Source: an uncultured virus (IMG/VR IMGVR_UViG_3300027963_003549)
Taxonomy: Duplodnaviria > Heunggongvirae > Uroviricota > Caudoviricetes
Reading direction: 5' to 3' (one strand)
Length of the DNA: 64,000 nt
IMG/VR virus record: IMGVR_UViG_3300027963_003549
Of this stretch, positions 10,526-20,119 are shown in pieces. A program made the translations under genes and the position numbers. The notes under the pieces are model-generated. The model ran no database searches. It was given only the letters and a program-made list of their open reading frames with translations, and was not told the DNA's origin. The stretch's first letter is position 1, and every line of letters starts with the position of its first letter.

Positions 10526-12105
10526 TGTCAAATTTTTTGAGTCAACCACAATCTAATCTACCTAGAAGAGATATACGAAAATTAATATATCGTGGTACGG
10601 TATTGAACAATGTTGATCCAAAAATGTTAGGGAGAATTCGAGTTAATCCTGAATTTTGGACTAAAGAAGATATTGCAACAGCGACCGTTGATTTTAATGA
10701 AAAAACTGACATATGGAAAGACAATGACCCTTTTATTTGTTTACCACTATTACCTTTTCATTTGAACGCACCAGTCCCTTCTGTTGGTGATGCGGTTAAT
10801 ATTATATTACAAAATTTAGAAAACCGATTTGAAAAGAGGGGGATGTATTATATTGGAGCTATGTTATCATCTCCGATGTCTGTCGAGAATGAGGTTAAAG
10901 AACAATCTGAAAACTTAACAACTTATGGTTCTAATGTCAAAGATACTTATTCTGTAAAAAATCAGGATGGTACATATCCCAATCCTAAAAGTGAGGGTAT
11001 CTTTCCTGAACCAGATGATGTTGGGTTAGTTGGTAAAGGTACTTCGGATTTAATTATAAAACCGAACGATGTTCTTTTACGTGCTGGTAGAAATTTACCA
11101 TTTAATATAAATAAAGCCCCTCAAGCAAATCCCAATAGAGCATACGTTCAATTGAGTATGTTTGGTTCCAAAGAAAAATCTGAAGGGTTCGATACGATTG
11201 TTAATTTTTCTCAAAATATTCAAAATTTAAAATATGTTGTTGAGTGGTTAATTACTAATCCTGATAATCCTGCGGGTGTTTTTACTGGAACAATTTATCT
11301 ATACAAATTAAAACCATCAAGTAATACATTATCCACTAATTTTAAATTAACAACAAATTTAGAAACTGAAAAAAGTTTAATAACCTATAAATCATTTCAG
11401 TCTAAATCACTAAATGATACTATTATTTTCATCAATAAATTTATTCAGGATGTAAATTCAGGTACTTTAACACAAGTTATTTCAAAACCAGGAAACACTA
11501 ATTTATCAACAATAACTATAAATGATCAATTCCCATATGGGTATAGACCATCACCACCTACATATAATTGGATAAACCCTACAAATTTTAATGGTGTTGA
11601 TAATGTTATAGCGTTTACAAATATCACTCAAATTTATCTTGGTGTTAAGTTTAATAGTGGTGTTAAAAAAACAGGAATTGGTATTGTTGGTTCTAAAGAT
11701 ACTTTTGGATTGAGACCAAAAACAAGTTTAGAGTTTGTTGAGAACAAATCAGCCGAGGTGGTGGAAGATACGTTTGCTTCATTGGGGGCAAATCAGATAG
11801 CATTTCTTTCTCACGATTCATCAGTACCTGGTAAGTCTAAAATTAACATGCAAAACAATGTTAAAGGAATTGATGCAACCGAATATCAAAATAATATAGT
11901 CCCTAATACATCATCAATGGTTAGGGGTGAAGAATTATTAGAGTTACTTGATTTGATAGTTAGATACCTAATATCTCACGTACACGCATATCACGGACTA
12001 CCACCAGTACCTGTAGGACAAGATGGAACTTCATCATTAGATGTTCTAACACAACTACAAGAAGCATATCAAAAAGTTTTAAATAAAAATATCAGAATAA
12101 ATTGA
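10525..12105 (+). CDS. Baseplate hub/spike protein (gp5/VgrG OB-fold-like)
   Basis: N-terminal YRGTVLNNVDPKMLGRIRV; C-terminal HVHAYHG resembles a spike-tip metal site. Confidence 0.65.
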   Translation: MSNFLSQPQSNLPRRDIRKLIYRGTVLNNVDPKMLGRIRVNPEFWTKEDIATATVDFNEKTDIWKDNDPFICLPLLPFHLNAPVPSVGDAVNIILQNLENRFEKRGMYYIGAMLSSPMSVENEVKEQSENLTTYGSNVKDTYSVKNQDGTYPNPKSEGIFPEPDDVGLVGKGTSDLIIKPNDVLLRAGRNLPFNINKAPQANPNRAYVQLSMFGSKEKSEGFDTIVNFSQNIQNLKYVVEWLITNPDNPAGVFTGTIYLYKLKPSSNTLSTNFKLTTNLETEKSLITYKSFQSKSLNDTIIFINKFIQDVNSGTLTQVISKPGNTNLSTITINDQFPYGYRPSPPTYNWINPTNFNGVDNVIAFTNITQIYLGVKFNSGVKKTGIGIVGSKDTFGLRPKTSLEFVENKSAEVVEDTFASLGANQIAFLSHDSSVPGKSKINMQNNVKGIDATEYQNNIVPNTSSMVRGEELLELLDLIVRYLISHVHAYHGLPPVPVGQDGTSSLDVLTQLQEAYQKVLNKNIRIN

Positions 12106-12123
12106 TATTTATATGAAAAAGAT

Positions 12124-13602
12124 ATGTCAGTTCATTTTTCATACTTTAATAAGAATAACACACTTATAAATGGTTCATATACCAATACAGGAAGAAATCC
12201 TGTAACACAATTGTATTTTGGATCACCAAACGACACACTAAACCCTGTTGGTTTCACTAGATTTATCTTTAATTTGGATTTATCTACCCTACAATCAAAG
12301 ATATCTTCTGGAGTGGTTAATACCTCAAATTTGGTAACACATACTCTTAGAATGACTAATACGTCGTCATTTGATACAGAATTGTTGAACACAACAATGT
12401 CTGATACATCTAGACGAGCAACATCGTTCGATTTGTTTTTATTTAGAATAACAGGACAAACTTGGGATGAGGGGGTAGGTTATGATTTTTTAGATACCAC
12501 GTTATCTAAAACATCCTCAACGGGTCAGTTAACTTTAGATACTTTGGAAACAGATAAGTCATATTCTGATAGACCAAGTAATTGGTTTCAACGAACAACG
12601 TTATCAGGGTGGACTTCAGCAGGAATTTATAATAATAGAAATACGGCAACAGGTAGTGGTATAAATTATTCGGCACTTACAATTGTTGATACACAACATT
12701 TTGAATTTGGTAATGAAAATATTTCGTTTAATATGACTAACGAAATTAATAGAATATTAACTGGAACAACAACAGGAGTAACAGGTTATGGAATTGCATA
12801 TTTACCTGATTTTGAAAATATATCAGGTTTAACTGAAAATTATTCTGTAGGTTTTTTCACTAGACACACTCAAACGTTTTATCAACCATTTTTAGAATCA
12901 ACATACGATGACTTAATTACCGATGATAGAAACTTATTTGTATCTAACAAAACAAATAAACTATACCTTTACGTTTATTCTAATGGGAATTATTATAATT
13001 TGAATAATAATCCATTGGTTAATATTTATGACCCTAATGATGATATAGTACCGGGTTTGTCAGCACTTACCACAACTAGAGTTACAAAAGGTATTTATGA
13101 AGTCACAATACCACCTATAACCGGATATACAACACCATGTGAATTTAGTGATGTGTGGAGTGGTCTAACAATAGATGGTAATTCCTTAACAAACATTACT
13201 AATTATTTTATTTTACAATCATATTCAAACTACTTTGAAATTGGTACTGAAAGTAGAGAACCTACCGAGTATGGATTTGATTTTTACGGGATAAAACAAG
13301 ATGAAAAAATATTAAATACTGAAATACGTAAAGTCGGTGTGATTGCAAAAAAAGCATACACTTCACAACAGATACTTAATAAAATACAATGTTATTACAG
13401 AGTGTTTGTTAGAGAAGGTCAAACTGAAGTACAAGTTCAAGATTGGACTGAAGTTAATAGAACACCAAATGAGCTTTATTTTATATTTGATACCACAGAT
13501 AAAATACCTAATGAATATTTTATTGATATAAAGATACTTACATCAGGACAAGTTGATATTTATAAAAGAACATTAAAATTTCAAATAGTTAATAGAAAAT
13601 GA
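12124..13602 (+). CDS. Probable virion structural protein
   Basis: Thr/Ser/Gly-rich, beta-type composition, WDEGVGYD motif; preceded by TATTTATA. Confidence 0.55.
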   Translation: MSVHFSYFNKNNTLINGSYTNTGRNPVTQLYFGSPNDTLNPVGFTRFIFNLDLSTLQSKISSGVVNTSNLVTHTLRMTNTSSFDTELLNTTMSDTSRRATSFDLFLFRITGQTWDEGVGYDFLDTTLSKTSSTGQLTLDTLETDKSYSDRPSNWFQRTTLSGWTSAGIYNNRNTATGSGINYSALTIVDTQHFEFGNENISFNMTNEINRILTGTTTGVTGYGIAYLPDFENISGLTENYSVGFFTRHTQTFYQPFLESTYDDLITDDRNLFVSNKTNKLYLYVYSNGNYYNLNNNPLVNIYDPNDDIVPGLSALTTTRVTKGIYEVTIPPITGYTTPCEFSDVWSGLTIDGNSLTNITNYFILQSYSNYFEIGTESREPTEYGFDFYGIKQDEKILNTEIRKVGVIAKKAYTSQQILNKIQCYYRVFVREGQTEVQVQDWTEVNRTPNELYFIFDTTDKIPNEYFIDIKILTSGQVDIYKRTLKFQIVNRK

Positions 13603-14072
13603 TAACAGATAACCAAATCAGAAAAGCTTTGAGGAGACTTCACGAAGCAGAACACTCAACTGAAAGATATATGTTTTTCAGTAATTTACAACAAATAAAA
13701 AGACAAGCAGAATTGTTATTAGAACAAGATGAACAAATGATTGAATCCATCTTAAATAACGGACACGATTGGGCTGATGATCATATCACAGTTGCAAAAG
13801 AGAATATGGATCAAGTTTTTGATTTCTTTATGAATGAGATTGAAGGTGATGGTGAACAAGATATTGATGATCACTCGTTTCACGATGATATGGTAATGAT
13901 GGAAGGTCGTAAAAAAACAGGTACTAAATTATGTGCTAGAGGTAAATCAGCCGCTAAGTCTAAATTCAAAGTTTATCCTAGCGCTTATGCTAATGGTTAC
14001 GGGGTACAAGTATGTAAAGGTGAAATGCCAGGATTAGATGGTAAGAAAAGGTGTTCATCACCTTATTGTTAA
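13599..14072 (+). CDS. hypothetical protein (acidic N-half, basic Cys-containing C-terminal domain)
   Basis: KLCARGKSAAKSKFKVYPSAYANGY motif, recalled from other large-virus proteins. Confidence 0.7.
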   Translation: MITDNQIRKALRRLHEAEHSTERYMFFSNLQQIKRQAELLLEQDEQMIESILNNGHDWADDHITVAKENMDQVFDFFMNEIEGDGEQDIDDHSFHDDMVMMEGRKKTGTKLCARGKSAAKSKFKVYPSAYANGYGVQVCKGEMPGLDGKKRCSSPYC

Positions 14073-14076
14073 AACA

Positions 14077-14104
14077 AAACCCCCATTTTTTAGTGGGGGT
14101 TTTT
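14077..14104. terminator. Bidirectional intrinsic terminator
   Basis: AAAACCCCCA-ttttttag-TGGGGGTTTT hairpin between convergent genes. Confidence 0.75.
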
Positions 14105-14112
14105 AGTTTATA

Positions 14113-15294
14113 TCAGGATTTATTATACCAACCAACGTAATACGTTCTACCCTCAATTCTATGATAGTCATATCTACTATCCTCGGTTAACAAACTGTAA
14201 TCAGAATCTCTGTAATAATCATCGTATACGTCATCCCAATCAATATAATCTCTAATAGAAAGATCTTCTCTTTGTAGATACGAATAAGCATCATCCTCAA
14301 TATCACTTTTAATAACGGCAAGTAATTCTTCTATCTTTTCATCTAACATACTATGATCAAACCCCACAGGGTTATCCCTAATAGACTCAATTTCGGTTTC
14401 AATCTCTTCTATTCTTTCACTATCCTCATTGGGATCTAAATCATTACGTTCGTTTTCCAATTCTTGAATTTCACTTAATTGTTCATCACTAAGAACTAAT
14501 TCATCCGAATCAAAATAATCGGTCGGGTTGTTTTTAATACTCTCTTCTAAATTTTCTCTTTCGTCGTGCACCACACTATTCCAAACTTGGTACCAATCAA
14601 TAAAATTTGAAAAATAGTCATCATCATGTCCAGAAAAATCCATTTGTTCAATGTACTCTCTAAGAGCCTTATCCCATTCATCATCAGTACCTGAAAATAC
14701 AACATCTTTAGAAACATGATAATTCCCTGCTAAAACGGTAAATTCATATAATACACCATAGTAAGAACCAGATTCCTTGGATAAGTTAGCTATCGAGTTC
14801 TCATTAAAATATTCAACCTCTTCATCATATTTTGCTATAAAATCCTCAACTCGTTTTTTTTTCTTAGGATCGTTAATGGTCTCGACACGATTTCGTAACT
14901 CATCAACTCTCTCAGTGTATTTTTGAAGTCTTTTATATTCATCATACATCTCTTCCCAATTATTATATCCAAAAGTTCCATCATCACAAAGGAAATTATA
15001 AGCGGCTAAACGTTCAGGCTCATCAGTAAGGTCACCTGACTCCAAAGACTCTTCAGCCTCGGCTACCATATTATTGTATTTCGCTTCACTATTTTTATGA
15101 TAACCATAGTCACGGTTAACAGAATAAAATTTTTCTTTAACTTCAGATAAATGTTCAGGATAAAGACCACTTGTCTCCAACCAATTTATAATCCTATCAA
15201 GACGTGATATATTTTTTTCGTACTGTTCAGAAGTATGATACCCCCAACCTAAACTTTTATATCCTAACTGTTTCAAAAAACGATCAAAATCCAT
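14113..15294 (-). CDS. Acidic hypothetical protein
   Basis: 393-aa D/E/Y-rich ORF with TATTTAT upstream. Confidence 0.75.
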   Translation of the reverse strand: MDFDRFLKQLGYKSLGWGYHTSEQYEKNISRLDRIINWLETSGLYPEHLSEVKEKFYSVNRDYGYHKNSEAKYNNMVAEAEESLESGDLTDEPERLAAYNFLCDDGTFGYNNWEEMYDEYKRLQKYTERVDELRNRVETINDPKKKKRVEDFIAKYDEEVEYFNENSIANLSKESGSYYGVLYEFTVLAGNYHVSKDVVFSGTDDEWDKALREYIEQMDFSGHDDDYFSNFIDWYQVWNSVVHDERENLEESIKNNPTDYFDSDELVLSDEQLSEIQELENERNDLDPNEDSERIEEIETEIESIRDNPVGFDHSMLDEKIEELLAVIKSDIEDDAYSYLQREDLSIRDYIDWDDVYDDYYRDSDYSLLTEDSRYDYHRIEGRTYYVGWYNKS

Positions 15295-15351
15295 AAAAAA
15301 CCTTTATCTAATAAATATCAAAACAATAGTAAAAAAAAAGTTAAAATATTT

Positions 15352-15383
15352 TTTGGTAATTCAAAAAATACCATTACCTTTGT
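15352..15383 (+). promoter_or_regulatory. Bacteroidota-type sigma70 promoter
   Basis: TTTG (-33-like) followed by TACCTTTG (-7, TAnnTTTG) upstream of 15404. Confidence 0.6.
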
Positions 15384-15403
15384 CTTATCAAATCAAATAA
15401 ACT

Positions 15404-15844
15404 ATGACAATTAAATCCTACTTCAAAAGAATCGGAATGAGAATGTTTTACCGATTCAAGATTCTTGTTAAACGAGGTATTTGGGAAGATGAACCTGTAA
15501 ATGGTTCTTCAATTCAAACAAATGCCACAAATATCTGTAGAAGAACAATGCATCTACAAGATTCAGAATTGTTATACGCACCAATGTCACAAAAACGATA
15601 CATCCGAAACGAAAAGTTAGGTATTTTTATCATCATCAAAGATAAACAAATAGATATCGTAAATCACGTTTATCACTATAACGTTGAGTTATCCAATAAA
15701 AATATTGAACGAGTAATCGGAATGTTCGATAGAGAAACAGAACTCAGGAGAACAACCTACGAAAAAGAAATGTTATCACAAATAGGTCACTCATTAGAGA
15801 CCATTTTAGAACACGTAAAGGGTACCAAATTAACCATCGAATAA
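15404..15844 (+). CDS. hypothetical protein
   Basis: ORF with a host-type promoter. Confidence 0.75.
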   Translation: MTIKSYFKRIGMRMFYRFKILVKRGIWEDEPVNGSSIQTNATNICRRTMHLQDSELLYAPMSQKRYIRNEKLGIFIIIKDKQIDIVNHVYHYNVELSNKNIERVIGMFDRETELRRTTYEKEMLSQIGHSLETILEHVKGTKLTIE

Positions 15845-15880
15845 ATTCAATCTGTATTTTTAATTCATCTGAACCTTTGA

Positions 15881-15976
15881 TTAGAAAAAACTTTTTGGTC
15901 TGATGGTTATTTTGCTTGTTCAATTGGTGAAGCGTCACCAAAAACAATCAGAGAATATATTTTAAATCAAGGTTAA
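15881..15976 (+). pseudogene. tnpA: C-terminal remnant of IS200/IS605 TnpA (Y1 transposase)
   Basis: Reads LEKTFWSDGYFACSIGEASPKTIREYILNQG*, containing FWSxGYF and the catalytic YIxNQ helix; an in-frame TGA lies immediately upstream. Confidence 0.85.
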
Positions 15977-16038
15977 AAATATTTTTTCAGAAAAATCGTT
16001 TTTTTTTTTTGATAGATATTTATATTAAAAATATAATT

Positions 16039-16386
16039 ATGAAAAAAGTAGTAAGACTAACTGAATCAGATTTGACAAGAATAGTAAAGAGGGTTATATT
16101 AGAAAATGAGAATTCAAAAATTAAAGAGTTTGTGGATGTATTTAAACCACTTGGTGTTATGTGGACTCAAAATAAATTTGATGATAAAGCGTATCTATCC
16201 CCTTCAATTGAAGTTGGGATTGGTGACAGACTTTCTTTCAACCGAATAAATAGACCTGAAATTAAATGTAAATTAAAAAGGGATGGTAATACTATTCTGT
16301 GTCAAGACAAGAATGGAATTACTAACTTTAATTTAACTACAGAATTTGTGAAATTTAAAAAATGGATATCTAACTATGAGTATTAA
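16039..16386 (+). CDS. hypothetical protein with phage leader motif
   Basis: Starts MKKVVRLTESDLTRIVKRVILE; TATTTATA at 16017. Confidence 0.75.
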   Translation: MKKVVRLTESDLTRIVKRVILENENSKIKEFVDVFKPLGVMWTQNKFDDKAYLSPSIEVGIGDRLSFNRINRPEIKCKLKRDGNTILCQDKNGITNFNLTTEFVKFKKWISNYEY

Positions 16387-16406
16387 TATAATTGTAAAAC
16401 ACAAAA

Positions 16407-16451
16407 CCACCTTTCATCCCACAAACTAAAGATTTGTGGGTTTTTCGGTGG
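16407..16451 (+). mobile_element. IS200/IS605-type terminal hairpin
   Basis: CCACC-tttcat-CCCACAAA-ctaaaga-TTTGTGGG-tttttc-GGTGG, downstream of the tnpA remnant. Confidence 0.6.
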
Positions 16452-16464
16452 AGTTATATAAAAC

Positions 16465-16492
16465 AAAAAACGGGACTTAAATCCCGTTTTTT
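16465..16492. terminator. Bidirectional intrinsic terminator
   Basis: AAAAAACGGGA-cttaaa-TCCCGTTTTTT. Confidence 0.75.
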
Positions 16493-17395
16493 TTATTTCT
16501 TAAGTTCAGATAAGAGTGATTGTCTTACCATTATTTTTATATTTTCGGAAATACTCTCATTCTTTTTCTTTGGTTTATAAGAAACCATTTTTGGTTTATT
16601 ACCCGTACCTGTTTTATTGTGAGTTTTTTCAGCCTTTCGTTTCTGAGCACAAGCAGATTTCTTCTGTGAATCCGACATCTTACTCGCAACACCCACTGCT
16701 CTACATTTAGGATAACCACGATCAGACGCCTCAGGTCTACCACATGGTGGATGCTTACCATCAACCTTTCGACATATATTTACCCAAGGACCCTTCGGTT
16801 GTTTAGAACCTTTAGGTTTTTTCTTAGTACCAAACCACACAGCCAAATCTTCATTTATTGAATGGGGTTCATTGATATCAAGATCATACGTACCATCCTC
16901 ACCTTTTTCCCAAACACCAACGATTCTTTTCAAATTATTACGTAAAGTGTTTTTAACTTTTTCATCATTGACAGGATGATCCGAAAACTCAGTAAAAGGT
17001 CCTAACTCTTGTTTCTTCCATTTTTTTATACCAATTTCCGCAGGCCCATTATATTCACCAGCCGTTACCGATGTACTTTTTTCAAAAATTAAATCGTATC
17101 TTTTATCAACACTCTCGTCGTTTTGTTGGAAATGTGTTGTATGATACTTTTCACTATTTCTTGACATTTTTTCCATTTTATCAGCAACAGACTTACTAAC
17201 ATCTAATGCACCATCTAAACTATCGTAATTTAATTGTGGGTTATCAAAATGAGATATCTCAATATCATATGGATGTAATGTGGTTTTTTTCCATTTTTTT
17301 AATCCTAAAGATAACGGCATTGCAAATTGTCCCGCATGACCACCAGTTCCAATTCCCTCATCTAAAACTTTCTTAATAGTTTCCTTTAAACTCAT
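16493..17395 (-). CDS. hypothetical protein with internal duplication and basic Cys-rich C-terminal domain
   Basis: Two AG....P...G.KKWKK...P repeats; EDLAVWFG..WVNIC..CGR..YPKC. Confidence 0.75.
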   Translation of the reverse strand: MSLKETIKKVLDEGIGTGGHAGQFAMPLSLGLKKWKKTTLHPYDIEISHFDNPQLNYDSLDGALDVSKSVADKMEKMSRNSEKYHTTHFQQNDESVDKRYDLIFEKSTSVTAGEYNGPAEIGIKKWKKQELGPFTEFSDHPVNDEKVKNTLRNNLKRIVGVWEKGEDGTYDLDINEPHSINEDLAVWFGTKKKPKGSKQPKGPWVNICRKVDGKHPPCGRPEASDRGYPKCRAVGVASKMSDSQKKSACAQKRKAEKTHNKTGTGNKPKMVSYKPKKKNESISENIKIMVRQSLLSELKK

Positions 17396-17416
17396 ACTGA
17401 TAAATATCCTTAAAAT

Positions 17417-18201
17417 AAAAAAGGTCAGATTTCTCTAACCTTTTTTATGGTATTCGATTTTCTTATATTTTCATCACTCCACAATGGTTGTAAATTAGAT
17501 AAACACCAACACTTCATAAACTCATTATCCCCAATTTCATTTATCTCGAATGAAGTTATTGGTAATATATGGTCAACATGCCACTTACCATAATTATCCC
17601 ACGACATATCACCTGTAAACTTACTCTCTAAATGGTCTATAAGTTGTTGGGGTGAATATTTTAAAACTTCAAAATAATGTCCATTTTTTTCTACATTATT
17701 TTCTTTAAGAACCTGATAAATAGCTGTTCTAAAATTGGAGATTAACTTATATAGGGGGTCATTAGCTTTACGAGTTCTTTCGTAATTACGTTTGGTCTTT
17801 CGTAATTTATCACGATTCTCTTCTCTCCATTTTTTTTGATATTCATTCCACTTTTCCTTATTTTCTTCATACCATTTTTTATGTTTATCAGATAATTTTT
17901 TTTTATTTTTTTCTCTATATTTTTTTTCGGCAACTTTTTTACCCCCTATAAATCGTCTACCGGAAAGGCCTAATTTAGCATTGTTTTCCCTTAAAACTCT
18001 TAAAATAACAGGTTTAGATAAACCAGTTTTTTGTGATATTGATTGTGAACCTAATAATTCGTCATTATACATTTTAAGAATATTAATTAATTCTTCTTCA
18101 GATGGGATATATTTCTTCATAATAATAAATATAATACATACGACCAAAAAATCAACTATTACTTAAAGAAACAAAAAAAGGTCAGATTTCTCTGACCTTT
18201 T
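17417..18201. repeat. 28-bp direct repeat (1 mismatch) flanking the HNH gene
   Basis: AAAAAAGGTCAGATTTCTCT[A/G]ACCTTTT at 17417-17444 and 18174-18201; the second copy is the terminator of the capsid gene. Confidence 0.85.
17425..18120 (-). CDS. HNH homing-type endonuclease with N-terminal HTH and basic helical linker
   Basis: MSWDNYGKWHVDHILPI...NLQPLW..ENIRKSN. Confidence 0.85.
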   Translation of the reverse strand: MKKYIPSEEELINILKMYNDELLGSQSISQKTGLSKPVILRVLRENNAKLGLSGRRFIGGKKVAEKKYREKNKKKLSDKHKKWYEENKEKWNEYQKKWREENRDKLRKTKRNYERTRKANDPLYKLISNFRTAIYQVLKENNVEKNGHYFEVLKYSPQQLIDHLESKFTGDMSWDNYGKWHVDHILPITSFEINEIGDNEFMKCWCLSNLQPLWSDENIRKSNTIKKVREI

Positions 18202-18222
18202 GTTAAAAATTAGTTCAATTTA

Positions 18223-20085
18223 TTATCTCAATTCTCTCAAATCGAATGTTCTAACACCATCTACGGTAATTCTGCCATAGAAGCGATTGTTCACCATCTT
18301 CTTCGCGTAACGAGTCATGATACCCTTGATAGGAGTAAAGTTAAATGGGTTATACATAGTTGGAGTTAATTGTAGAGGTACATATGGTGCGTAAACGTAA
18401 CCAGTATCCAATAGAGAAGTACCTTTGTGACCCATCAACACTTGGTTTGCAGGGAAGTAAGGATCTCTATACACTTGATAACGACCCGCTAATGTACCAA
18501 CTCTTTCAATACCCATGTTGTACTGATCTTGCTCAGGAGCCGCGTTTGATACGTGGAAATACTCCAAATCGTCAAAGATAGCAGATACTTCAGAAGATAC
18601 AACGATCCAGTTAGCACCACCTCTCAAAGTTGATTTGTGAATTTGAGCAGAGATTTGGTTAATTGCAGTGATAAGAGTTTGATTCCAGTCCTTTTGAGTG
18701 TAAGGAGCAAACGAAGTTGAAGAAATTCTCTTCCAACCGTTATAATCCCATCTCAAATTCCAAGCAGCACCTTTTCTAAGGTCACGAAGAATTTCACGGT
18801 CAATTTCAGCAGCAACTTGTTCAGATAACAAAGCTGTCAATTCAGCTTCAGCATCGATGTTGTGGAAAGCCGCAACGTCTTGTGCCAATTCAGGAGACCA
18901 TTGTGCTCTTAATTTTCTTTCAGTTACAGATACTGTTACAGAATCCAACTCGAAAGAAACTTCACCAATTTTATCTTCAAATTCAAGTTCTTGGTAACGT
19001 CTGTAAACCGCTCTAAATGATGTGTTAATAGCTGTTTGTGAAGAGAAAGTCACACCTGTGTAACCATCAAGAGAGTTAGCACCAAATGTTGCTGGTGATG
19101 TCAAATCAACTTCCAAATAGATAATACCATTTGCTGAAGCGATATTAAAGAATGACCCACCATTACCAGGTGTATTTGTTGACAATGTATTGTTGTTAAA
19201 GTTTGTGGTCGTATTAGTACCATATTGAACAATACCTTTACCATATTGTTGTGTAACAACACGGAACAAGTAAGGATTATATTGGTTTGATGAAGTGAAT
19301 GGGTTACCTGTAGAACCAACGATTCTTAAATCAGATAAGAAACTTTCAGTATCCATTTCTTGACCATCAGGTCCAATCAATTTTCCATCACCAATATTAG
19401 AGAAACCTGACATACCAATGATTACTTTTTTGGTATTAGCATCAAAACCATAACCTGAAACCGCTAAATTACCATTACTATCCCAAGCAAATGTTGCAGT
19501 GTCCGCAGTTACCAAAAACCAAGGACCTTTTGAATAGTCAAATAAACCTGCAGGATCTAATCCAGGTTCAGTACCTTCATAAAATAAATCATAAAGATTC
19601 TTAGAATATGTGTTATTATAGTTACCAGCTCCAACAGTAGTGGTATAACCACCATTTGGATCACCAGGATAGTTACCAGGAGAACCGATTGGTGGGATAT
19701 GGTTTCCTGACTTAGCACCATTCTCCCAATAATTAGTACCACCAGAATAACCTTGGATTTTAGGTACGAAGTAGAACAATTTACCGATAGGTAAGTTCAT
19801 CGCTTGTACAGAAACGATATCATTCGCCAACAACTTAGAGAATACACGTCTGATGATTGGAAATACAACTGTCTCAAAAGAACCTGAATCCGCTGTTGTA
19901 GTTGATTCGTTAATTAAGAAAGATGCTTGGTTTTCGTATAATTGAGCCATATTTTCTTTTAAGTGGCCGCTCAAACCTTCAAGGAACCCAAGTTTGTTCC
20001 ATTTGTTAATTGTATCTTCTTTGATAACTTTAAGGTGCTTAAGACCAATGTTACCAACAAGACCGCTTTCTAATAATGCTCCCAT
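18223..20085 (-). CDS. gp23: Major capsid protein (T4 gp23-like)
   Basis: LANDIVSVQAMNLPIGKLFY, RKLRAQWSPELAQD, DAEAELTALLSEQVAAEIDREIL, YAPYVPL and GIMTRYA motifs. Confidence 0.97.
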   Translation of the reverse strand: MGALLESGLVGNIGLKHLKVIKEDTINKWNKLGFLEGLSGHLKENMAQLYENQASFLINESTTTADSGSFETVVFPIIRRVFSKLLANDIVSVQAMNLPIGKLFYFVPKIQGYSGGTNYWENGAKSGNHIPPIGSPGNYPGDPNGGYTTTVGAGNYNNTYSKNLYDLFYEGTEPGLDPAGLFDYSKGPWFLVTADTATFAWDSNGNLAVSGYGFDANTKKVIIGMSGFSNIGDGKLIGPDGQEMDTESFLSDLRIVGSTGNPFTSSNQYNPYLFRVVTQQYGKGIVQYGTNTTTNFNNNTLSTNTPGNGGSFFNIASANGIIYLEVDLTSPATFGANSLDGYTGVTFSSQTAINTSFRAVYRRYQELEFEDKIGEVSFELDSVTVSVTERKLRAQWSPELAQDVAAFHNIDAEAELTALLSEQVAAEIDREILRDLRKGAAWNLRWDYNGWKRISSTSFAPYTQKDWNQTLITAINQISAQIHKSTLRGGANWIVVSSEVSAIFDDLEYFHVSNAAPEQDQYNMGIERVGTLAGRYQVYRDPYFPANQVLMGHKGTSLLDTGYVYAPYVPLQLTPTMYNPFNFTPIKGIMTRYAKKMVNNRFYGRITVDGVRTFDLRELR

Positions 20086-20119
20086 TTTAATTTTTATTTA
20101 AGGAAATTTATTTTTTTTG

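Noticed and set aside
15744..15947. 67-aa minus-strand ORF
   Set aside because: It is a chimera of antisense tnpA remnant, a possible short gene tail and antisense of the 15404 ORF, so it is not a credible intact gene
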